NCBI GenBank assembly: GCA_030536615.1
Contig: JAUNPQ010000003.1
Span: 6,484 to 70,483 of the forward strand
Length of the DNA: 64,000 nucleotides
Reading direction: 5' to 3'
Source of the DNA: Bacteroidales bacterium
GTDB lineage: Bacteria > Bacteroidota > Bacteroidia > Bacteroidales > Muribaculaceae
A program made the translations under genes and the position numbers. This document shows positions 42,349-51,709 of the stretch, one piece after another; the stretch's first letter is position 1; the number at the start of each line of letters is the position of its first letter. The notes beneath the pieces were generated by a model. The model had not been told where the DNA came from. It searched no databases and saw only the letters and a list, made by a program, of their open reading frames with translations.

Positions 42349-43500
42349 ATGAATATTGTACTATTTGACCCTGATGAGGCCCGCGGCAACCTCCTTCCGC
42401 TCACTTACACACGCCCGGTGGCAGAAATACGCATCGGAATGGAGACACTGGGACAGCGTTGGCAGGCGTTTTTGCCCGGCGAATATTCATGGGAAACAGC
42501 AACATATCTGAGAGCGAAGTATCCCCACCATGCGGCGGCGGACACTCTGAGGATAGCTGCCAACGTTGTGGCTGACGCAGCATTGGCCCATGCGGTGTCA
42601 ATTCTTCAAGGCGGAGAGGCTTTGTATTGCCGGGAACGTCTTATAGCCGTGCGCGGCACGGAGGGCAAGCGCATGGAATATGACGGAGACATAATGGCCA
42701 TAGATCACCTTTGGGATATCTTTATGCTCAACGATGCTGTGCTACGTGCCGATTTTGCCCGCATCACACCCAATCTTCCCCGCCGCTCTCCTTCTGAAAC
42801 CGTTACGGTGATAGGTGATCCGGAGAATCTATTCATCCATGCTGATGCGGCACCGGTTGAAGGCTGCATAATAAATGTTGCACGCGGACCCGTGTTCATT
42901 GACCGAGATGCGGAAGTGATGGAGGGCGCATGTCTGCGCGGACCGATAGCTGTCGGGGCCGGATCAGTGATAAAAATGGGAGCCAAGATATATGGCGCAA
43001 CCACGCTTGGTCCGGGATGCAAGATTGGCGGCGAGGTGAACAATTCAGTGATTTTCGGATTTTCAAACAAAGCACATGACGGTTTTCTTGGCAACGCTGT
43101 TGTGGGCGAATGGTGCAATATGGGTGCGGGATTTGTTGCCTCAAACCTGAAGAATGACTACAGCGAGATAAAACTGTGGAACTATCCGGCGCACCGGTTT
43201 CTGCGTACCGGTCTGCAGTTCTGCGGCGTGATAATGGGTGACCACACCAAAGCCGGCATAAATACCATGCTCAATACGGCTACCGTGCTGGGTGTAGGCG
43301 TGAACATACACGGCTCCGGATTTCCCAGACCTTTTCTGGCATCGTTTCTGGAGGGATCAACAGCCGGTTTTGCCGAGGTACCTATGGCCAAGTTCTTCCA
43401 GACTGCAAGGATTGTCATGGCACGCAGAGGCATAGAACTCACCCAGACTGATATAGACATTCTGACTGACATCCGTGAACAGGCCGAACAATACAGATAA
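42349..43500 (+). CDS. GlmU-related putative sugar nucleotidyltransferase (NTP_transf_4 plus left-handed beta helix)
   Basis: LLPLTYTRPVAEIRIG, hexapeptide repeats, NKAHDGFLG, SNLKNDY. Confidence 0.85.
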   Translation: MNIVLFDPDEARGNLLPLTYTRPVAEIRIGMETLGQRWQAFLPGEYSWETATYLRAKYPHHAAADTLRIAANVVADAALAHAVSILQGGEALYCRERLIAVRGTEGKRMEYDGDIMAIDHLWDIFMLNDAVLRADFARITPNLPRRSPSETVTVIGDPENLFIHADAAPVEGCIINVARGPVFIDRDAEVMEGACLRGPIAVGAGSVIKMGAKIYGATTLGPGCKIGGEVNNSVIFGFSNKAHDGFLGNAVVGEWCNMGAGFVASNLKNDYSEIKLWNYPAHRFLRTGLQFCGVIMGDHTKAGINTMLNTATVLGVGVNIHGSGFPRPFLASFLEGSTAGFAEVPMAKFFQTARIVMARRGIELTQTDIDILTDIREQAEQYR

Positions 43501-43502
43501 TC

Positions 43503-44165
43503 ATGGAGTTTATTATCAGTGAGGAAATACGCAAGGCCGCTCCGGCACTCAGAGCTATGGTCATAGAAGCCGATGTGACAAATCGGCCCACCGACAACCG
43601 TCTCTGGGACATTCTCCACCACCTCTCGGAGCACGTCAGAGAGAACTATGCCATGGACCAGGTCAACAAGCGTCCGGCAATAGAGGCTACCCGCGCGACA
43701 TACAAGGCCTGCGGCAAAGATCCCAACCGCTACCGTCCCAGCGCCGAGGCTCTGATGCGCCGCATGGTAAAAGGCATGGAGCTGTACAGAACTCTTTCAG
43801 TCATTGACCTTATCAATGTCCTGTCTGTGGAGACAGGACACTCCATAGGCGGTTTTGATGCCGACAGCATAGACGGGGATGTACTGACACTTGGAATAGG
43901 ACGCGAAGACGAGCCATACGAGGCCATTGGCCGCGGAATACTCAACATTGCCGGCCTGCCTGTATGGCGTGATGCAACCGGAGGCATAGGCACTCCTACC
44001 TCTGACAATGAGCGCACAAAACTCACCTCCGGCACAAGCCGCCTCCTGATGATTGTCAATATGTATGGCACGGAGGTGGATGAGAGTTGCATACGCAGTC
44101 GCGCCCACGAACTGTTGACTGAATATGCAGACGCCACAAACATAAAATTCACCTTGGTAGAATAA
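43503..44165 (+). CDS. B3/4 (PheRS beta-related) domain protein
   Basis: GKDPNRYRPSAEALMRR, LIN-LS, GTPTSD. Confidence 0.85.
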   Translation: MEFIISEEIRKAAPALRAMVIEADVTNRPTDNRLWDILHHLSEHVRENYAMDQVNKRPAIEATRATYKACGKDPNRYRPSAEALMRRMVKGMELYRTLSVIDLINVLSVETGHSIGGFDADSIDGDVLTLGIGREDEPYEAIGRGILNIAGLPVWRDATGGIGTPTSDNERTKLTSGTSRLLMIVNMYGTEVDESCIRSRAHELLTEYADATNIKFTLVE

Positions 44166-44211
44166 CATATACAGACATTCCATATAAAATAACCCTTACT
44201 TCTCTCAATTC

Positions 44212-44820
44212 ATGCAGGTACTCACAATCTACTCCGGATCAATCAATGAACGGCATCTGACGCAAGCCGTAGAGGAACTGCGCGCCGGCAATATCGTGAT
44301 TTATCCCACTGACACGGTATACGCTCTGGGCTGCGACGCCCTCAACCAGAGAGCGATAGAACGGCTGTGCCGCATAAAAGGGCTGAACCCTGACAAGAAC
44401 CGGTTGTCAATTGTATGCGCCGATCTCAGTCAGGCTTCTGAATATGCGCGCATAGACAATACCGCCTACCGCATCATAAAGGATTATCTTCCCGGACCGT
44501 ATACTTTTGTGTTGCCGGCATCAACCAGATTACCAAAGGTATTCAAGGGGAGAAAGACTGTGGGTGTGCGCGTGCCCGACAATGATATTGCCCGGGCTTT
44601 AGCCGCAGAACTGGGGAATCCCATCCTGACGTCATCTGTGGCCATTGACGATGATGAGGATATCTGTGTTGCCGAGGCAGTGGCAATGCACTATGACGGA
44701 GCCGCCTCCCTGACCATTGACGGCGGCCGATGTTCAGCCGTTCCATCGACAGTGGTGGATCTCACGGAGGCCTCCGGGCCGGAAGTGCTGCGTCAGGGAG
44801 CCGGAGAATTTATCCTATAG
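44212..44820 (+). CDS. Sua5/YciO/YrdC family protein (threonylcarbamoyl-AMP synthase-like)
   Basis: IYPTDTVYALGC, LPGPYTF, TVGVRVP, PSTVVD, LRQGAG. Confidence 0.85.
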   Translation: MQVLTIYSGSINERHLTQAVEELRAGNIVIYPTDTVYALGCDALNQRAIERLCRIKGLNPDKNRLSIVCADLSQASEYARIDNTAYRIIKDYLPGPYTFVLPASTRLPKVFKGRKTVGVRVPDNDIARALAAELGNPILTSSVAIDDDEDICVAEAVAMHYDGAASLTIDGGRCSAVPSTVVDLTEASGPEVLRQGAGEFIL

Positions 44821-45481
44821 GCAGTTCAGACTCCGGCACGGCCACCAACCGAAACCGATGGGTGACATATGTGAATGACAGCAAGCCGAGATTCACCAAC
44901 CTCACAACAGTTGCATTGGTAATTGCCGTGCTGCGGTGTATCAGCATAGGCAACACTTCCGGTGGCAACGGCGTGGCGGCATTGCGCACAGCATCCAGAA
45001 TCTCCCATGCGGTTTCATCAAGGATATCATCCTGAGGACGATGATTCATCCATGCACGCACCATGAGCGGATGCGCCACAATATTCTCATCAGCCACACG
45101 GATATATGCCCTCCGGCTTCCATCGGCCTCCCGGACTCTCACCGGTCTCCGCGCGGCCTCGCTGACAGTGGCACGTATCACAATTGTAGCACCATCAGTC
45201 CTGAAAGCATCGAAAGTCAGTTTCTGGGGAGGGTCACAATACATGCTCCCCGCCTGTTCCACCACATACACGTCCTCCTCATTGCGTACGCCCGCAATGG
45301 CACCGTTATCCTTGACTCCTATCAGCAGGCATCCGCCACGGTTGTTGGCGAACGCCGAGATGGATCGTGCTATTTTGCGGGCATCGCTGATGGCATATTT
45401 GAAATCCTGAGTTTCATTCTCTCCAAGTTCTATAAGCCTTTGAATCAGATATTTGCCTCGAGAAGCTTTCAGATCTTTCAT
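44810..45481 (-). CDS. AlbA_2/Schlafen domain protein
   Basis: GENETQDFK, ISAFANNRGG-LLIGVKDNG, YIRVADEN. Confidence 0.8.
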   Translation of the reverse strand: MKDLKASRGKYLIQRLIELGENETQDFKYAISDARKIARSISAFANNRGGCLLIGVKDNGAIAGVRNEEDVYVVEQAGSMYCDPPQKLTFDAFRTDGATIVIRATVSEAARRPVRVREADGSRRAYIRVADENIVAHPLMVRAWMNHRPQDDILDETAWEILDAVRNAATPLPPEVLPMLIHRSTAITNATVVRLVNLGLLSFTYVTHRFRLVAVPESELPIG

Positions 45482-45518
45482 AGAAACGCTCCGTTATGAC
45501 CATCCGGCGTCACGGCAA

Positions 45519-46001
45519 TCAGTCGTGATAGTGCAGATGACCATCGTCAATATTCATGAGTGTCTGCTCAGCATAACGCTTCGCAGCCTCACGGGCGCCG
45601 GAAAGGTCCGTATAGCTCCAGTTTCCGCAATCGCGCGGCGTAGCTCCGGGTATTTCGCCGTCATATCCGGCTATCCAGGTGAACATCTCAAGGAGAAGTC
45701 CGGCTATGATGCGTGTCTCATAATGCCCCTGCACAATGAGATATGAACCGGTGCAGCATCCCATAGGACCCCAATATACAATGCGGGTACCCCACTTCTG
45801 ATTGTTGCGCAGCCACGTTGCGGCAAGATGCTCAATGGTGTGAAGCACCTGCGGTGACAATGCCGGTTCACGGTTAGGCGCTGTCATGCGCACATCATAA
45901 GTGGTTATGATGTCGCCCGCGGGCGTGGTGTCGCAGCGGCTCTCATAGACACCCGGTTCAAGCACAAGATGGTTTACCGTGAAACTTGCTATCTTCTTCA
46001 T
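45519..46001 (-). CDS. luxS: S-ribosylhomocysteine lyase (AI-2 synthase)
   Basis: HTIEH metal motif, GPMGCCTG, CGNW. Confidence 0.9.
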   Translation of the reverse strand: MKKIASFTVNHLVLEPGVYESRCDTTPAGDIITTYDVRMTAPNREPALSPQVLHTIEHLAATWLRNNQKWGTRIVYWGPMGCCTGSYLIVQGHYETRIIAGLLLEMFTWIAGYDGEIPGATPRDCGNWSYTDLSGAREAAKRYAEQTLMNIDDGHLHYHD

Positions 46002-46015
46002 ATCTATAACGTCTC

Positions 46016-46684
46016 TCAGAGGTTCTCGAGCAATGTGCGTACGGCACTGAATGTGTGGGCCGGAGCGTCCTCCCAGAAGTTCTCATACTGGGCCATGTTG
46101 TCTTCGGCCCCGGGCGTGTCGCTGATAACGCGTATGCAGATGAACGGAACATTTTTCATGAAACATACGTGTGCAATAGCGGCGCTTTCCATATCCACAG
46201 CCACCGCATCCGGATACAGATCCAGAATATGACGCGTCACAGCTGCATCAGCGACAAAGACATCACCGGATGCCACCAGACCTCCCTTGGCCTCGGGAAT
46301 ATACCGGCGCACGTCCTTAGCCAATCCGCATGAAAAGCGCGGAGGGCATTCGGCAGCCTCGCCGGGGACAGTACCGGGTCCACACCATACATCGTGGTAT
46401 GCGACTTCATCAGCAACCACAACATCCATTATGCCGGCAGCTCCTGTGCCACCGGCCACACCGCTGTTGATGACAACATCGGGATGGAATGTGTCAATGA
46501 GTGTGAGCGCTCCGATGGCGGCATTCACTTTTCCTATGCCACATTTGGCAATCACAACATTATGAGAACCTACTGTTCCGGTATGGAAGACCGTACCGTT
46601 TATTGTTATCTGGGCTGCTCCGGACAACAGAGGCAACAGAAGCCTCATCTCTTTGTCCATGGCAGCTATTATCGCTAGATTCAT
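46016..46684 (-). CDS. mtnN: 5'-methylthioadenosine/S-adenosylhomocysteine nucleosidase (Pfs)
   Basis: IIAAMDKE, GIGKVNAA, ASGDVFV, VDMESAAIAHVC, RVISD. Confidence 0.9.
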   Translation of the reverse strand: MNLAIIAAMDKEMRLLLPLLSGAAQITINGTVFHTGTVGSHNVVIAKCGIGKVNAAIGALTLIDTFHPDVVINSGVAGGTGAAGIMDVVVADEVAYHDVWCGPGTVPGEAAECPPRFSCGLAKDVRRYIPEAKGGLVASGDVFVADAAVTRHILDLYPDAVAVDMESAAIAHVCFMKNVPFICIRVISDTPGAEDNMAQYENFWEDAPAHTFSAVRTLLENL

Positions 46685-46712
46685 GATGCTCTTATTTTTA
46701 TATTTACCGGTT

Positions 46713-47744
46713 CTATAGGGTTATGAGCGCGTCAGCCTCAAAATCAGACACTGCACGCGTCCCGATAACTTTGTCCCAGAGCATTGGTGAAATGCCATTG
46801 CCGGGGCGCTTGACGGTTATATTATCCTCTGTGAGTATTTCGCCGCTTTTTATGTTCCGTGCGGCCACTATGCTTTTGCGTGCAATATCTATATTCCCTC
46901 TTTCAGCCTCAGCCACAGCCTTTTTGCCATTGCCCATCGCTTTTTCTATGTGGCGCACATCATTGACAAGCTGTTTCAGCTCATCAGGTTCCAGACTCGC
47001 CTTGTGATCAGGACCGGGCAGCGATCTGTCAAGTGTGAAATGCTTCTCTATGACACAAGCGCCAAGTGCCGCTGCGGCTATGCTAACCTCTATTCCCTCG
47101 GTGTGGTCGCTATAGCCTACACCTCCGCAACCCAGTTCCCTGAGGGCATCCATAGCACGGAGGTTGACAGACTCATAAGGAGCGGGATATTGTGTTGTGC
47201 AATGCAGAAGTATGATGTTTTTGCGCGGTGTGCCATTCTCTTCAAGGACTTCAACCGCCTTGCTGACCTCGGCAAGGGTTGACATGCCTGTTGACAGGAT
47301 TACTTTTGCATGGAGAGCACCTATTTTGCGCAGATAGGGCAGATTGGTTATCTCACCTGACGGTATCTTCCAGAAGTCCATGCCGATAGCCTCCAGACAG
47401 TCAATGCTGACCAAATCAAAGGGCGTGCTCATAAAGCCTATCCCCACTTCATTGCAAAGCTGTGCCAGTCCGGCATAATCAGACAGCGGCAGATGAATGG
47501 CCCGGCACATGTCAAGCTGGCTCTCGCCTTTGCCGGTGGTCTGCTGTTGATACTCTGCCTTGGGCGCTATGGATGAAATGACCAGTTCAGGCACCGCCGT
47601 CTGGAATTTTATATAGTCGGCGCCGCAGTCCTTGGCCACATGCACCATCTGCCGGGCAAGCGCAAGATCTCCGTTGTGGTTGACGCCGGCCTCGGCTATG
47701 ATTATACATTTGTTTTTATCCATCTCCGTTATTATCCTCTTCAA
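46713..47744 (-). CDS. neuB: NeuB/LegI family nonulosonic acid synthase
   Basis: IIAEAGVNHNG, KFQT, KIPSGEITN, YSDHT, IEKHFTLD, C-terminal SAF domain. Confidence 0.88.
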   Translation of the reverse strand: MKRIITEMDKNKCIIIAEAGVNHNGDLALARQMVHVAKDCGADYIKFQTAVPELVISSIAPKAEYQQQTTGKGESQLDMCRAIHLPLSDYAGLAQLCNEVGIGFMSTPFDLVSIDCLEAIGMDFWKIPSGEITNLPYLRKIGALHAKVILSTGMSTLAEVSKAVEVLEENGTPRKNIILLHCTTQYPAPYESVNLRAMDALRELGCGGVGYSDHTEGIEVSIAAAALGACVIEKHFTLDRSLPGPDHKASLEPDELKQLVNDVRHIEKAMGNGKKAVAEAERGNIDIARKSIVAARNIKSGEILTEDNITVKRPGNGISPMLWDKVIGTRAVSDFEADALITL

Positions 47745-48700
47745 TCGGGTAATTCAAAACATACTTCGTCAAGATATCTGGCCACAACCATGTTGCGCCA
47801 AGCGGAACATACTTGCGCCGGTTCTCCGGCGGCTTCCGCAAGAATCATTGCCGGCAGATCGGCGCCGGCGTGCACGGCAGCGACAGCACCCCCGCCAAGT
47901 CGCGGATTTATCTCCATGATAAAAAGGCGTCCCGTGTCAAGATCATGTATCAGCTGTACAGTGACAGCGCCTCTGAGATTCAGCGCTTTCAACGTCCTTT
48001 CAACAAGGGCAGTAGCCTCGTCCCAGTGGATGACAGTGGTACGGACCACCTCACCGCCGGCCACAGCATCACGTGTTCTGGGGACCGCCGCGCACACCTT
48101 TCCGTTGATTAAAGACACATAGCAGTCAACGGTTATCTCCTGCCGGTGGTCAATACGCTCCTGTATCAGATAATCATCCGGATTATCAATGTGACGCAAA
48201 TCATCATTACAGTCTATGGTGACAATGCCCTGCGAGGCCGATCCGTGCCGGGGTTTGGCGATGAGGGGAAATCCGATCTCCCCGCCTGTCCATGTGCGTG
48301 GCACCGGCAGGCCCGCGTTCTCGAAAAGAACGGCGCACCCTATCTTGTCAAACATCTGCGCTGCGGTTTCAGGAGTTCCGGTAGGGACAAAGACCGTTCC
48401 GGGCCATCTGCGCGCATATTCGGCGGCAACAGGGACTGACCCGTCAATAAAGGGAATTATTATATCAATGTCATGCTCACAGCACACGCGGTGCAAATCA
48501 TCAAGAAGTGCGGGGTCTCCGAATTTCAGTCCCATGATGACCTCCCCTTCGCAGGCGATAGGAACATCACGGATTATTTCATAGCTGAATATCCTTGCCT
48601 CACAGCCGCGGCTCAAGGCAGCGCGCTTGAAATGGCGCGCCATGGACACGCGTTTGGCTCCTCCCCAGAAAAGTATGTTTATGTGGCGCATGTCTCTCAA
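47741..48700 (-). CDS. ATP-grasp domain protein (polysaccharide-locus type)
   Basis: FDKIGC, AKPRHGSAS, IQE, MEINPRLGGG. Confidence 0.8.
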   Translation of the reverse strand: MRDMRHINILFWGGAKRVSMARHFKRAALSRGCEARIFSYEIIRDVPIACEGEVIMGLKFGDPALLDDLHRVCCEHDIDIIIPFIDGSVPVAAEYARRWPGTVFVPTGTPETAAQMFDKIGCAVLFENAGLPVPRTWTGGEIGFPLIAKPRHGSASQGIVTIDCNDDLRHIDNPDDYLIQERIDHRQEITVDCYVSLINGKVCAAVPRTRDAVAGGEVVRTTVIHWDEATALVERTLKALNLRGAVTVQLIHDLDTGRLFIMEINPRLGGGAVAAVHAGADLPAMILAEAAGEPAQVCSAWRNMVVARYLDEVCFELPD

Positions 48701-49680
48701 CGGTTATAGATATCCGCCTTATATTTTGCCAGATTCTCAGGGCGCGTGAACCAGTCAATGGTGGCTCTCAAGCCATCCTCAAGGGTGTATTTCGGACGCC
48801 ACGGCGTTGTTGTGGTTATGCGTGAATTATCACCACAAAGGCGGAATACCTCGCTGTTTGCGGGGCGCAACCGTTCAGCATCAGTAACAAAATCCACATC
48901 GGCATTCATGAGCATGGCTATGGTTTTGAGGGTATCAGCCATGGATACTTCAGTACCGGTGCTTATATTGAAATCACGTCCCACAACATTCTCAAGAGGT
49001 GCCTGAGCAAGAGCAAGAAAACCGCGCACGGTATCGGCCACGTAGTTGAAGTCACGTGTTGGTGTGAGATCTCCAACCTTTATGGTGCGATGGCCGGCGG
49101 CTATCTGTGTGATTATCGTGGGGATGATTGCGCGAGCACTCTGTCTCGGTCCGTAGGTGTTGAACGGACGCGCTATGACCACGGGTAGTTCAAAGGCGTT
49201 GTAAAAACTCAACGCAATGGCGTCGGCACCGATCTTGGTGGCAGAGTACGGGCTCTGTGGCTGTCGCGGATGTGCCTCGTCAATGGGGACATAACGCGCT
49301 GTGCCATATACTTCGCTGGTGGAGGTCACTATCACGCGCTTCACGTCGCATTGCCGGGCAGCCTGACATATGTTTAGTGTACCGCGTATGTTGGTGTCCA
49401 TATAACTGTCAGGGGCCACATAGCTGTAAGGAATGGCTATGAGGGCCGCCAGATGGAACACTATGTCAATTTCCCGGCATATCTCATTGCAGAACATCGG
49501 GTCACGGACATCGCCGCAGACTATCTCAAGTCCGGGGTTGGATGGGATATCCTCAAGCCATCCCCAGTTGTTGAACGAATTATATTGGGCCAGAGCACGG
49601 ACAGTATGTCCCTTTGCAAGGAGCAACTGTACAAGGTGTGAGCCGATGAACCCGTCGGCTCCGGTGACAAGTGCATGCAT
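48697..49680 (-). CDS. legB: NAD-dependent nucleotide-sugar 4,6-dehydratase, LegB-like
   Basis: VTGADGFIGSHL, LAQYNSFNNWGWL, IAIPYSY, YSATK, RPFNTYGPRQSARA; promoter element at 49706-49713. Confidence 0.8.
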   Translation of the reverse strand: MHALVTGADGFIGSHLVQLLLAKGHTVRALAQYNSFNNWGWLEDIPSNPGLEIVCGDVRDPMFCNEICREIDIVFHLAALIAIPYSYVAPDSYMDTNIRGTLNICQAARQCDVKRVIVTSTSEVYGTARYVPIDEAHPRQPQSPYSATKIGADAIALSFYNAFELPVVIARPFNTYGPRQSARAIIPTIITQIAAGHRTIKVGDLTPTRDFNYVADTVRGFLALAQAPLENVVGRDFNISTGTEVSMADTLKTIAMLMNADVDFVTDAERLRPANSEVFRLCGDNSRITTTTPWRPKYTLEDGLRATIDWFTRPENLAKYKADIYNR

Positions 49681-49786
49681 ATATTCTATAATATTAAGCT
49701 GTGTGCAAAATTACCACAAAAACGCGAGAATGCAAAATGGGCGCCATCCGGCAGGGAGAAGATAACGCGCGGAGTCTGTGCGTCAA

Positions 49787-50806
49787 TCACCGGCTGTGTG
49801 TCAGGAACGCTATTGCCGCATCAAGGATGGTGTCACGTCCTGCCAGCATATCAGCATCAGTGATGTCCATGACATAGCCCTCGGTAGGCTCTATGCCATT
49901 TTCCGTGCACATGCCGTTCTCGTCAAGAACAGGTGCCGCTGACATCCTCACGCCCCACCCTATGGGAAGTTCAAAAGACAAGGGCATGCCTCCGCCACCA
50001 CCCGTGACGGCTCCCATCACCGTCACCTGCGGACGGTTCTTCATAAATGCCACAAAGATGTTAGCCGCGCTGAATGTGGACCGGTTGGAAAGCACAACAA
50101 CCGGTTTTGTCCATACACGGCGGTTTTCAGGTGGAGCGTAGTGGAAGGCATACGGTTCTGAGAAATCATCGTGTCCGGGGCCGTCCTTGTGACGGATATA
50201 TCCGGCAAGCGTCCGTTCAGTTATGAAACGCCGGGCTATGGTCTCGGCATTGGTCATTGAGCCGCCGCCATTGTCACGGACATCTATAATGATGCCGTCA
50301 CAGATATTAAAAGCGGTGAGAATTGCATCCAGATTGCCCTCTCCTATTCCGGAATCAAATGACGGAACCCGCATATACCCCACATTCTGCGGCAGCACGG
50401 CAAAGGTGATGTCCCCAAGCTGATTGTAGTTGAAATACAGGTAGTTCTCCTGAATGACACGTTTGTTAAAGTTCTGGGGATAGTCAGTCCACCACTCTCT
50501 ATAATAATATGTGTTGAACCATGCCGACAGATTCACATGGCCGTCGCGCAGTTCTCCGACCATGCGTGAGCATACATCAAAAAGTTGCCTGGAAGTGTAA
50601 CAGTTGGCGGCCTGAGGCGCATACCGGTCATGCACGTCCTGCCAGTCTATTCCTTTCTCCTCAAAGAAACAGTAGTGCTCGTCAAAAAGTCTCCACAGCT
50701 GTTCAAAGTTACCGTTTGAGTTGTTAGGGTATTCCTCGATCTCATGGCATGAGGAGAATGTGACCAGCAATAAAGCCGTTGTCAGAAATGTGATGTATTT
50801 TCTCAT
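49787..50806 (-). CDS. S41 family peptidase lipoprotein
   Basis: Lipobox FSSC, DGHVNL, DVRDNGGG, TFSAAN, TGGGGG. Confidence 0.82.
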   Translation of the reverse strand: MRKYITFLTTALLLVTFSSCHEIEEYPNNSNGNFEQLWRLFDEHYCFFEEKGIDWQDVHDRYAPQAANCYTSRQLFDVCSRMVGELRDGHVNLSAWFNTYYYREWWTDYPQNFNKRVIQENYLYFNYNQLGDITFAVLPQNVGYMRVPSFDSGIGEGNLDAILTAFNICDGIIIDVRDNGGGSMTNAETIARRFITERTLAGYIRHKDGPGHDDFSEPYAFHYAPPENRRVWTKPVVVLSNRSTFSAANIFVAFMKNRPQVTVMGAVTGGGGGMPLSFELPIGWGVRMSAAPVLDENGMCTENGIEPTEGYVMDITDADMLAGRDTILDAAIAFLTHSR

Positions 50807-50809
50807 ATA

Positions 50810-51709
50810 TCAGTACAATGCCGGGATTATACGTGCGTCATCACTCAGCTTATGCCGGTGTGACAGTGATATCCATTCTGTAGCCACACCAAGCATAAAA
50901 GCATGGGTGATGCGGCGGGACACTATATGTGAGGCTTTTGTGGAGATTATATCCGCATGATAGCCCAGGCGTATGGATGTCCCTCCGAGCCGCAGATCAG
51001 CAGTCAGCATATTGTCCATGCGGAAGTAGTTTCCCCACCAGGCCGGACGCGCCAGTCCATGGGTGTTCCCAAGCCATATCTCATAGTAAAGCTCTCCATA
51101 CTGCGGAGCGAAAAATACGCCGGTCACCGGCAGACGGCACTCATAACGTAATGCCACCGGCAGACGGCCTATGCGCATATTGTAGGCGGCATATGCGTTC
51201 GCGCCAACGGTCCACGCTCCTTTTGCCGATGCCGGATTGTTGCCGTTGCGGGCCATATAGAGCGCTCCTGCCCGTAAAGATGTGCCGGGCCCAATGCCTA
51301 AGGTAAGATTACGGCCGGCACCGATGCTGATGTTCCAGCGACGCATCATTGTCCATGCCGCCTCCAGTTCCAGATTCCACATCACTGCATTGCGCGACAT
51401 GTTCTCGCCATGGTCGGCAATCAGACGTCCGGAGAGTTGCATCATCCATCTTTCAGGGCTGAATGCCATTGCCTGCATGCGCTCGTACATGAATCCCACA
51501 TGCCAGCCGTTATAGTGCAGGGGCGTAAGGTAAGTGTCGGCCATATGGGCCGTTCCTCCTTCAAAGGTATATGCCGACAGCACGGGTCTGACGGTCTGCG
51601 TCTCCTGCCATCCTGAAACGGTTATGCTCTCCTGATCACCGGCACATAGGCCCGAAACGGTGACCAGAGACAGTATCGCCGTAACTAATGCCGCTCTAAA
51701 TATCCTCAT
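50810..51709 (-). CDS. DUF3316-like outer-membrane protein
   Basis: DTYLTPLHYNG, FFAPQYGELYYEI, NNPASAK; ATG 51709. Confidence 0.7.
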   Translation of the reverse strand: MRIFRAALVTAILSLVTVSGLCAGDQESITVSGWQETQTVRPVLSAYTFEGGTAHMADTYLTPLHYNGWHVGFMYERMQAMAFSPERWMMQLSGRLIADHGENMSRNAVMWNLELEAAWTMMRRWNISIGAGRNLTLGIGPGTSLRAGALYMARNGNNPASAKGAWTVGANAYAAYNMRIGRLPVALRYECRLPVTGVFFAPQYGELYYEIWLGNTHGLARPAWWGNYFRMDNMLTADLRLGGTSIRLGYHADIISTKASHIVSRRITHAFMLGVATEWISLSHRHKLSDDARIIPALY

